Shown piece after piece: positions 10,666 to 20,700 of a stretch of DNA of 64,000 nucleotides. The stretch covers positions 2,112,001 through 2,176,000 of the forward strand of contig CM000208.1 in NCBI GenBank assembly GCA_000002445.1, written 5' to 3'. A model generated the notes under the pieces. It made no database searches. It saw nothing but the letters and a program-made list of their open reading frames with translations, and was not told the origin of the DNA. The translations under genes were made by a program, and so were the position numbers. The DNA is from Trypanosoma brucei. Its lineage: Eukaryota. Numbering within the stretch: the stretch's first letter is position 1; each line of letters opens with the position of its first letter.

Positions 10666-11835
10666 ATGACGGGTTGTGGATGTATTTACTTTGTTTGTTT
10701 CTCTTTTCCTCTACACTTGTTCGTGGCTTATTTGCATGGGGGCTCGTGGTGCACTGTAAACGGAAGTGTGGGTAGTGTTTCTATTATTACTGTTCTTGCC
10801 ATTTCCTCTCTAAAAATCACTATGTTCACTGTTCGTTCTGGCGTTGTGAGATGCGCCAGGTTGTGGGTATTATTCTTTTCCATACACACACCAGCAATCG
10901 CTCACTCCGCTTCGTGGAATGGTAAGCGAGCGAATAAGCAAATTGGGCAACTGGGAGGGTTTTGGAGGAGGGGCGCGATGCACATTCATGAAACGATCCC
11001 TGTTGCGATTGTTGACCCTGCGGAGCCCAACGCTGCACCAATACGGAGACACATTGAGGATCGCACGCTTTTTGCGTACCGAAATATGGGGTTCGCTCTC
11101 ACACACTACCATTCGTCTTTCACAGGCGCAAACCGCCATCCAATTGTCATTGAAAACATGAACCAACTCCGCGTTTACCACAGGCGGGAGTACACGTACA
11201 ACTTGCTTCTCCGTCGCACGTACAATGTGAAAACGTTTCAAACGGTTTTGGGAATTATTGCAGATTCTAGAGAGCCATTTAACAACGTGAATCAGCTACA
11301 AAATACCAAACTCTACGCATACCGCAATACATCTGCCGATCAGGAAGTTGTCCATCGTTTTAGCAAAGAGGCGGTAGGTGGCTCATACACGCCACCTCAA
11401 TACATGAGGTTTGATGCACTGATCACAGGTCCTCATGCATCTGCCTTTATTACTTCCTGCGACAGCATAACCGAGGAGTTTGTTATAAATTTTGTGCGGG
11501 CTGGGCATTACACATATTACTTGCACCAACATCTCAGTAATCCACGGTACCTTCCTGCTTGGGAAAAGATTTATGGTCCCCGGGGGTCGCGCCCCGCGAA
11601 GCCGGTTCTCTTTTACATTGGCGTTGGGCCGCAGGAGTTCCCGGAGAGTTCAATGAGTGCAGGCATGCAGCGGTCGCTGCACGCCATGGTTGAACGTTGT
11701 GTTGATTGTGTGGAGACACCGCCACCGGGGATTGCGGCAGATTTAATTCCCTTTTCTGTACGTGAAACCGCTCGAAAGTACGGCGTTCGATTGCTGCAGC
11801 GATGGCGAATGCGCTACTTCGCACTCCGATGTTAA
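10666..11835 (+). CDS. hypothetical protein (orphan; true start probably at an internal Met, about 10822)
   Basis: This is a 389-aa ORF in the same orientation as its neighbours. I recognised no family motif. The first 52 codons translate a pyrimidine-rich tract (10686-10720) that looks like a trans-splice signal, not protein. The Met at 10822 begins MFTVRSGVVRCARLWVLFFSIHTPAIAHSA, which resembles a presequence or signal peptide. Confidence 0.5.
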   Translation: MTGCGCIYFVCFSFPLHLFVAYLHGGSWCTVNGSVGSVSIITVLAISSLKITMFTVRSGVVRCARLWVLFFSIHTPAIAHSASWNGKRANKQIGQLGGFWRRGAMHIHETIPVAIVDPAEPNAAPIRRHIEDRTLFAYRNMGFALTHYHSSFTGANRHPIVIENMNQLRVYHRREYTYNLLLRRTYNVKTFQTVLGIIADSREPFNNVNQLQNTKLYAYRNTSADQEVVHRFSKEAVGGSYTPPQYMRFDALITGPHASAFITSCDSITEEFVINFVRAGHYTYYLHQHLSNPRYLPAWEKIYGPRGSRPAKPVLFYIGVGPQEFPESSMSAGMQRSLHAMVERCVDCVETPPPGIAADLIPFSVRETARKYGVRLLQRWRMRYFALRC

Positions 11836-12625
11836 TGCATTCCCGGGGGAGGGGAGAATGTTTGCTACCCTCAGAGTGCGTTATTTTCCCAACCTTATGC
11901 ACTCGTTTTTGTATATTTGTATCATTAGCTGCTGTGTCGATAATAACTGGTGTGCGCCGTTCTCTGGTTGTCGGTGCTGTCCGGTTGTTCGTGCAATTGG
12001 CATTTATATATAAAAAGATGTGTATGTGTTCGTTGAGACGGCACATCAGCAAGTTTACCGTCGCAATTTAAACGTCATCGAACTTTGTGATTGGTGTTGT
12101 TTCGTCTTGTTCCCCACCTTACTTGACTTTCGTTGCCAGACAATCGCTTGTTCAGGTTTTCTTTTGCTTTCTACTCTCCCTGACGCCGTGGCGTGTAGGT
12201 ACCATGCGGAGTGGCGGTATCACTTCAAGCCATGCCGGTGTAGTGAGGCAATAGGTACTGTTTGTTGGATATGTGGGGACTTTTGTTGTGTATCTTTGGA
12301 GGAATGAGAGAGACACGTATTTTTTTTCTTTTTTCTTTTTTGGAAGGTGGACATGTTGCATGTTGCATGTACTTATTCACTTCCCAACTACCTTCTCACG
12401 AGTCGGTCTTTTGCCTTTTGAAAGTCTCCTTCTTTTTCCCTTTTTATACAAAGGTTGCTTTATTACACCTTCCAGCCTAGCGATAGACTCGAGCGTGTGC
12501 GCAGGTCCCCCCTCCCCTTCCCGTCGTTTCCGCTGATTCATTTCTCGGATTGTCGGGCTGTTGTCCCCCCCCTTTGTTTTACCGTTTCCGTCATATTTAC
12601 TCGGTGACGCCATCACCCATTTGCC

Positions 12626-13882
12626 ATGTCGGATGGGGGGAATGTTCTTGGTCGACCAGGGGATTGCAACAACTGCATAGAAACTGCCAAAAGCAACTTT
12701 CATTGCTCCGCGTCCACTGATGCCTCTGCTGCCCAAAATGTTCCGGTACCAGTTCCAGACCCTGGTCTTAATGCTACCGTAGGTGCTGACTCAGTTCTTG
12801 CCCCTCCTGTTGGTACGGATGAACAAGACGATGACAGCTCTGTGGAGTCCGCCTCGGTGAGCGCTTCTGGCAACCCAGAAAATGAAGAAAATCTACTTGT
12901 CGATGAGTTTGGCTTCATTATCGATGAAGAAGAACATGATCGGGTGCAGCGGTACATCAGAGGCATTGACGGTAAACGTGTTGCTCGGCGCGAGGTGAAG
13001 TGGCAGAAGATGCAGGCGAACTGGGAGTCAATGAGCAAGAAACGTCGTAGTAAAGTGAAGTCGCGCTGCCGCAAGGGTATTCCATCTTCTTTTCGGGGTG
13101 CAGCGTGGCAGCTATTGATAGGCTCGTACTTGGAAATGCTGAACCCCGGCAACGAGGGCACATATGATTGCCTTCGCCTCAAAGATATCTCGGATGAAGG
13201 GTTGAAAGGAACAATTTCGCGGGACCTTCCGAGGACCTTCCCGAAGCACGTTTTGTTTAGAGAAGAGGGCGGTATTGGACAGACATTTTTGCGCAATGTA
13301 CTTCACGCCTACGCTAACATCGACCCGGAGGTGGGGTATGTGCAGGGCATGGCATTTGTTGTTGGTGCGCTCTACACGCAGATGACCGAGGAGGAGACAT
13401 TTTGGGCTTTGCACACTCTCATGAACGGCGAAAAGTATCGGTTGCGGGAGATGTACAAACCGGGGTTTCCTATGCTTCATAAACTTTTCTACCAGTTACA
13501 GCGGTTGATGGCCAAACTGCTTCCAAACCTATACGAGCACTTTGAGGAGCTTGGTGTTCACCCAACATACTATGCCTCACGGTGGTTTATGACACTGTTT
13601 GTGTATGACTTTAACTTTCGTGCTGTGTTGAGGATTTGGGACATTTTTTTGAGTGAGGGGTGGAAGATTATATTTCGTATCGCTATTGTTTTGCTGAAGT
13701 TGGAGGAGCGGCGATTGCTTGCCATGTCTTTTGAGGAGATCATCTTTGCAACGAAAACTCTTGAACAGGGCAAAGATCCTGATGAACTTATTCGGCGAGC
13801 ACATGGGGTCCGGTTTAAGACAGCTGAGCTGGAGGCCTTCGCGAGGGAGTATGAATTAAACAAACGTGAAGGGCAGGTGTGA
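12626..13882 (+). CDS. TBC-domain Rab GTPase-activating protein (paralog of 9267-10289) with an acidic N-terminal extension
   Basis: This is a 418-aa ORF. The TBC motifs ISRDLPRTFP and GYVQGMAF are present, followed by SRWFMTLFVYDFNFRAVLRIWDIFLSEGWKIIFRIAIVLL. Its TBC domain is roughly 50-55% identical to that of the upstream TBC gene. Confidence 0.85.
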   Translation: MSDGGNVLGRPGDCNNCIETAKSNFHCSASTDASAAQNVPVPVPDPGLNATVGADSVLAPPVGTDEQDDDSSVESASVSASGNPENEENLLVDEFGFIIDEEEHDRVQRYIRGIDGKRVARREVKWQKMQANWESMSKKRRSKVKSRCRKGIPSSFRGAAWQLLIGSYLEMLNPGNEGTYDCLRLKDISDEGLKGTISRDLPRTFPKHVLFREEGGIGQTFLRNVLHAYANIDPEVGYVQGMAFVVGALYTQMTEEETFWALHTLMNGEKYRLREMYKPGFPMLHKLFYQLQRLMAKLLPNLYEHFEELGVHPTYYASRWFMTLFVYDFNFRAVLRIWDIFLSEGWKIIFRIAIVLLKLEERRLLAMSFEEIIFATKTLEQGKDPDELIRRAHGVRFKTAELEAFAREYELNKREGQV

Positions 13883-14544
13883 GCTGTGTGTTCACTGCAT
13901 TTTGTGGCTAATTATCTCGTCATCGTACATAAATGATCTTTGTGCCGGCGCTTCTTCATCTTTTAGTTTAGACCCTCTCTTTTTGTCTTCCAGGAACAGG
14001 TGGTTTGCCCGGGTACATTTTATTGGTGGTTCCCCGCATCTTTATTGTGCCAGCAGAAAGTTTTGGATATGGTTCTGTTTCGGGGCTGTTGTGACATTTT
14101 TTTCTGACAACAGGGCTCTTTCGTTTGTTCCACTTTCCGTTTGCTTTCCGTTTAGGTACCGTTCCCCCCTTTTTTTTCGGCTGCGGTCGCGACTGTTTCG
14201 CATATACTTTTTTTTTTTCGTTACCATACAGGATAAAAAAACTACCTCATTGTTGTCGTTACTGTAGCAGTGACACACACACAAGTGCCCATTTTTACTT
14301 GTATTCATGCCAGCTGCGGTATCCGTTTTCCATATGTTGGTGGTGTTTTTTTTTTCTCATTTATCTTTGTGAGTCACCTTATTTTCCACCCTTCCTTTCA
14401 AGTTTCTAAGTCTTTCCTTGGTGTTTACATTAGGTGCTGTAACACACAAGCGTTGAGGCTCACTTGCGCTCATTTTTCCGTTTTCATGGTTATTCTCGTC
14501 TTAAACCAATTAGCTAACTAAACATTCGAAAGGCGCAACCTCTG

Positions 14545-14665
14545 CTACCGCCCCCCCTTTTTTTTGTGATCATATATTTGGTACTTTAGCAACGTGTTGT
14601 CTTTTCTTTCTTTCGCACTTACTCACTGGCGTACTCCTTTCCTTGTTTACTTGTGCGGATGTATA
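14545..14665 (+). promoter_or_regulatory. polypyrimidine tract: candidate trans-splice acceptor region for the 2169-aa gene
   Basis: The region begins ccccccccttttttttgtg and continues ...tcttttctttctttcgcacttactcactggcgtactcctttccttgtttacttgtgcgg. The first AGs follow at 14672-14700, upstream of ATG 14760. Confidence 0.5.
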
Positions 14666-14759
14666 AGGAGGAAAAGAAACAAGAACGGAACAGATAATAA
14701 AGGTCAACAAGGTGAGCCACCATTAAACTGATAGGTAGGAAGGAGGAGTCCTTGTTCAA

Positions 14760-17700
14760 ATGAAGGCAGCGCAACCCGTTGTTGTGGATGTGGAAGAGAC
14801 ATTTGACAGCGTGGCTGAGAAGTTGTGGTGTGCGTTACCCTCCGTGGCCAAATTCCACGCCACATTTGAGAAGACACCAATTCTTGGTGCTGAAAGCGGC
14901 AATGTGGGTGTAGTGCCACAGCAATCCTCCGTGGAGGACACTTCTGAGGCTGCGGCAGCAAAACTGGACCCACCCGTGACAATACGGGATGCAGTGGTTC
15001 CTGTTGATGAGATGCAACACCTCGCTGGTTGTGTCTACACGGCGTGCCACACGAATCCTGTGGACGCCGATGTGGAAGCTGCTGTCGCCGCGATTTTAGA
15101 CAAAGGGGATGAGGAAAATTCTGTCGAATACAGCTGGGGTGATTTCCGTGAGTTTCTGGAGCGTGTCGAGTCGCAGTGGATGGAGTGGGCCGACATGGAC
15201 CAGAAGTGGCTGGCAGTCACGGAAAGACAGCACATTCAGGTACTGAAGGACTTGTTAGAGTCGATAACTTATGATGTAGAACCTTTTGGACTGCTGCCAC
15301 GTGACAAAGTTCTTACGATGCGTTCCACTATTGTTCACACGAAGCAGCTGCGGACTCTATTTAAGACTTTCGTTGATTTTGTGTCTCCTCCTGAGTACCC
15401 GGCGGTTTATGACAAGCTGTGGGGGCTGCTTATCGCATCTCAAAACGGCTGTGAAGTTGCGGAAGTGAGCCCAGAAACCCCTCTTGAGCTGAACTCTTTC
15501 ACTAAATTCGTTCTGTGGTTTTGCCTTTCGATATTCGTAAACGCCACGGAAGCAGGATTAGTTGTGGCTGCCAAGACGTTGTGGCTCAGGCACCTCAACG
15601 AGCGAGGTGTTATGTTAAAAAAACAGTTTGTGGATGTGTGTCGCTACATGTGTAAGTTTTACAGTGTTGGTGGAAGTGATGTAGAATATTTTGAAAAATG
15701 TTGTGCCCGCAGTGAAGAAGCTCTACAGGGCTCAGACGAACTTCCCCCATTCGCACTTTTCCAACAGTACATGCAGCCCACAGAAGGCCGCATGCTGGTC
15801 GACCCGAACGATCTCTACATTCCAGAAGAGCTCGAGCGGAGTAAATGGATGGAGGAACTTTACCGCATGAATTGCAGTTCCAACCGCATTATTGTTCATG
15901 GCCGGCGGGGTGTTGGAAAGTCACATCTGGCGGCTTCCTTGGCGAAACGGTTGGGTTGCGTTCACTTGGATGCTGGAGAGCTCGCCCTCGAAGCAGAAGC
16001 TGCAGCTCCGGCCGATCCACTCGGGGCACAGTTACGTGAATGCACGGATGCAGATGCCCCCATTTCGCTCGCAACCCTCGCAGCACTTGTACGCAAGAAG
16101 ATATGTAGCAGCGAAACACGGTATAGGGGTTATGTGTTCAGCGATATTCCATTTTTTTCTAGCGAGAATGACGCGGAGAAAATCAGTTTTTTTACCGATT
16201 GTGGTCTTTTGGATGAACTTGTGCCCACCACATTTGTGCTGGTGGATTGTGAAAACGAGTTTCACCCCGAACGACTTGAGGCTACACTGGCGGCACGGGA
16301 GTCAGACCACCAGGAAGAACTGAGTCTTTTGAAAGAGGAGAAAGAAGAGGAAGCTTCTTACGAGGCACTGGCGCAAAAAATTGAGGAGTTGAAGGCGACA
16401 TTGTCGCAAATTACTACAAAACAGGAGGTGGAGGGTGGTGCGGAGGCACCGGAAGGCGAGGAAGCGAACGCTCCGGAGCTGGATCCCGAGGAGGTTGAGA
16501 AGGACTTGAAACAGTTACTTGAGGATCAAACTGTACAAGAAGAGAGGAAGATTGAGCAGGCTGATTCCCGCATCGCCCGTACCAAGAAGTATAGGGAATT
16601 GAGATTAAGGAGGCTCGTTGCGCAAACTCTCTCCGAGGGATACGAAAGCGGTAATGAAATGTCTCTGACAGCATTGCCATGTTTCGAGACCGCTCTCTGT
16701 CGTGCCCGCTTGATGGGTCGGTGTTTGACGGTTGACTGTGCTTCCGTTGCGGAGGAGGCTGTTACCTACATTGTGGACACGCTGTCATTACAACCCTGCG
16801 TCAGACCCTGGGCCCTTGTTGACAAGGTGGAACGGGACCCCGAAAGGGAAGGAAGCGTATTTGATGACCCGGATATCGAGCGTCTCACGGAGGAGTTTGC
16901 CACCAACTTCGGTGTAATGACCTCAAGTCGGTGGAAGCGTTTCTGCCCTGTGACATTTGCTGAACATGGCGTCTTGGTAGAGGGCTCCATAGCTTTCGGA
17001 TGTGTGTTTCGGCAGCAGCTCTTTTACCTCGCATCCGAGGAAAAGCTTTCAATGTTTAGGGCAAACCCATGCCTCTATCTTGGTACACTTCCGCTGAGTA
17101 GGGAACCAATACTTCTTCTTTCCCTTGTTGAACCTCAGAATGATGCGCAACTTTCACCCACTGATATGCAAATATTGGTACGGAAACTGCACGAGCAACT
17201 GGATCTAACTCCCATGGCCTTTAGTGAGTTCACTACCCTTTGGGACAGTCACCGGTTGTTGAAGGGGAAGCGTGCAGAAGTGTTGTCAAATAGAACAAAG
17301 TATGAAGTTGTTGAGCGAAAGCAGCGTGCTGATCGGCTGAAGAAGCGTTTGGCGCAAGAGAAGCGAAAGAAGAAGTCTCAGAAGAGTCCTGGAAAAGGTA
17401 AGGGCAAGAAAGCTAAGTCTGTTGTGGAAGAAGTCACCGTAGAGGAATACAAGGGGTGGGAGAAGAAGGCGGAGGCACCGGAGACTATTGCCACACGCAT
17501 CGCGAAAAATTTGGAAGAGAGGCTTGAACGCCAGAATACACTTGTCCCCGTTTTGGTGCACGCGTTGGACGACAACCCCCTTAGTGGGTTCGATCAATTG
17601 TTTTCAGAGAAGGTCGTACCTCGCACAGTGGTCGTACTGCAGTATGAGAAACCGACGAAGGCGGAGGATAGTGCGGTGCTGGAACCGTCAGCAGCTGAAG

Positions 17701-20700
17701 GGGTGGAGGAAAATAGCGGCGAAGTTCCAAAGGTTCTTCTCCCGCAAGAGGTCGTGCTGGATAAGTTGTCAGACCTTCCGGACGGTGGTGTCGATATCGT
17801 GGCTGAGGTGTCACCTCATGACGTCGCCATTCACCGTATTGTCGTTAATGACAAGGATGTGCACGCGTTAGTCACGGAAATCATGCAAGCTGTATGCCCT
17901 GGTATGGACCCTGTTGGGGTGGGCGTTGTTGATGATGCGGTGGGTGAGGATGATGAGGAAGATGCACAGGAGTTTGATGATGATGAAAACGAGGAGGATG
18001 ATGTACCAACCGCAGTCAACCCCGCCATCAAACCAGGAAAAACGTTCCTAAACCAGTTTGGTACCACGTTGGAGTTTTGTCCGGTGACTCTTTGCGAAAG
18101 GAGACTCTTAGTACGAGGCCAGAGTGATCACTGTCTGCAGTATCGAGGTTACGTGTACACATTTGCTTCACTGGAGGCGAAAACAAAGTTTGAGTTCAAC
18201 CCCCTTCGCTACATGCGTTCCTCGTATTCGCTTCCCCCATGTCGCATGTGGATCGTTGGTCAGTCGAAAAGTGGTAAGAAGACCCTTGCACAATCACTCC
18301 ACGAAGCCTACGACGTGCCGTATTTCCAATACAATAGGAAGTTGTTTGACCAGTGCGTTGAAGTCGCTATGACTCCCACAGGTGGCGTGATTAGCAATAT
18401 TTTTATCCCACCGCAGACTTTTGACAATCCTTATCTTGCATTAGCCGCGGGGATCTTAAAAGAGGTGCAGGAGTTTGACCCAGAACAGGAGCGGCGCATG
18501 AAGTTGCGTGAGGAAGCTGAGCGAGAGCTGGAGCGACGCGAGGAGGCGGCAAACAATGGGGATGAAGAGGAGGATGAACTCGACGAAGAGGCCGAAGCGC
18601 GGTTGCAGGAACATTTGGCATTCGAGCCTGAAACTGAGCATGACCGTCAGTTGCGGCTAAGTGAGGCATACCTGAAGGTTGCGGGTTGTGTAACGCACAT
18701 AGAGCCTTTCGCTTCGAAGGGTTACATCATGGTGTGCCCTCCCTTTTCTGACGGTGATATAGAGGTTCTATCATCCGTGGACGCTATTCCTGAGGTTACA
18801 GTGAATATGGAGGTTTCGGATGAAATCTATATTAAACGTAACAAGGAGGCGATGAGCAGCGTAAGTTATTCTGAAATGTCATCAGGTGGTATACCAGAAG
18901 TCCGTGAGGAGCCCGTGGTTAATGAAGAAGCCAAACTTTTGAGGAGGTTAGAGTATGAAGATAGGCGGAAGGAGCGTGAAGTGGCCAGGTGGCGCCGTCG
19001 CCACATTGGCGCAGATGACCCGGAGTCAGACATAGACGAGGAGCTCGGGGACGAAGGAGCTGCTGGAGGTGGGAACGATGAAAGCCAAGAGGATGAAGCT
19101 AATGAGCGTCCATTTGATCAAGATTTGATCGTGGAAAAAGAAGCCGTTGGAGAATTTGCGGAAGCTGTTGAGGAGCGTTCAATCCCGATGATCGTACTCA
19201 ATGGCGATCTCTCCCGGAATGCCGTTTTTCGCAGGGCGGTCCGTCGGTTGAGTAGGTTTTTAGAAAATCGTCGCTCCCTTTTGCACGCCCCGCAAATTGT
19301 GCGGTATGAGGATGCCACTCGGATGCTCGAGTCAGGCGAGGCAACCCTGTCATGCTTCGGCAGCACCGATCCCGTGACGCTGTATGACCTCAGACACGGA
19401 AGTAGGCGTGTATGCAAATGGAGGCCGGATGGTGCATATCTGGAGGAGGAACCTTTGATAGAACCTGACTCGTCTTCTTCCGACGCCCAGGGGACAGCAG
19501 TTCCTGAAGGAAGTGAGGGTAAAGATGAATCAGAAGACACTCTCGACTCCGGCGATAGAAAGCCAGAGCCCCCTCAGTTAGACACGTCTTCCACGGAGGG
19601 AGACACTGAAAGTGGTGACGATGAGGAGATGAGTGAGCTGGATTCAGAGTTACTGGATGAAATCACCGAAAAATTCGCTAATCGACGTCGACGTGAATGG
19701 CTTCGTACATGCCAGCGTGTGGCCCTCCTCCATGGCCGTTTATTCTTCTTCGAGAGTGATGAAACGCTCTTACGCTACATGCAGAATCCTCTTCTTTTCA
19801 TTCAACAGCCTCCGCCACAGCCTCCACTACGGAGCATGCCCGTGATTACATTTTATGACGATGACGGTGCGTATCCCCCTGAGAATAGCGGGCCGTCGAG
19901 GAAGCGATGTACCGCTGAGCACGTAGCCTTCAATCTAAACTGGATTTATCTTTCTCTTCCGAAGCTCCTCTCCTGGAGCGCAGTAAATGCTTCCTTGCTT
20001 TCTTTGTCGAGAAAAGCTATTGATGCTGTTCTTAGCGGTTCTGTGGATGATGCTTTGGTGGCCCGGTTGCTAGGTCATCGACTCAATGCGGCTGATGCTA
20101 AGCAGAACGGCGTTGTGCTCCACAACTTGCCGAGGACCCCCGACCAATACCGTCTGCTTTTGGCGTGGGGACTTAAGGTGGACAAAATATTTCAGTTTGA
20201 TGACAATTACAGGGACGTTGCGACCCTAATGAAGTCAACGGCCACCATTGAGAAGCAACTGACGACAGCTCGAGTATCTGTCGCCGGTCTCTCTGAAATT
20301 TGCGACTGTATTGATGGTTTCGTCGTCAACGAGGGTCGTGCAATTTTATCTCACCTAACGGGGTTCCCTATAGATATAGACAATTCATACCACACGGTAG
20401 CCGATATTGAAACGCATCTCTCACCATATCGCTGGTTCTGCCCTTACAGTTGGTGTTTGGGTGAAAACCTTGTGGACCAGGAGAAGGCTGACTGCCGTTT
20501 CGCGGCTTTGTACGATGGCCAGTACTACTTTTTTTCTTCTGAGGAGTACCTCGAGAGGTTTCTTCTGTGTCCCTCGCAGGTGACGCTTCCACCCGGATTC
20601 AAAGCCCTCCCGACCCCTCTTCCCGTGCGGGTACAACCCAGCACAGAATATGCGTTCGAGTTGGAGGGATGCTGTCCTGTTCTCTTATACGATACACGGG

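Noticed and set aside
11534-12052. 172-aa minus-strand ORF
   Set aside because: It overlaps the 3' end of + gene 10666-11835 and the following pyrimidine tract. It is an antisense artefact.
12700-13296. 198-aa minus-strand ORF
   Set aside because: It lies entirely antisense to the second TBC gene. It has Ser/Arg/Cys-rich low-complexity composition and no upstream processing signal in the minus orientation. It is a mirror ORF of a real + gene.
17581-17600. GGTTCGATC tRNA T-arm-like motif
   Set aside because: It is embedded in the 2169-aa CDS in frame context. I could not build a flanking acceptor/D/anticodon cloverleaf. I found no tRNA in the window.
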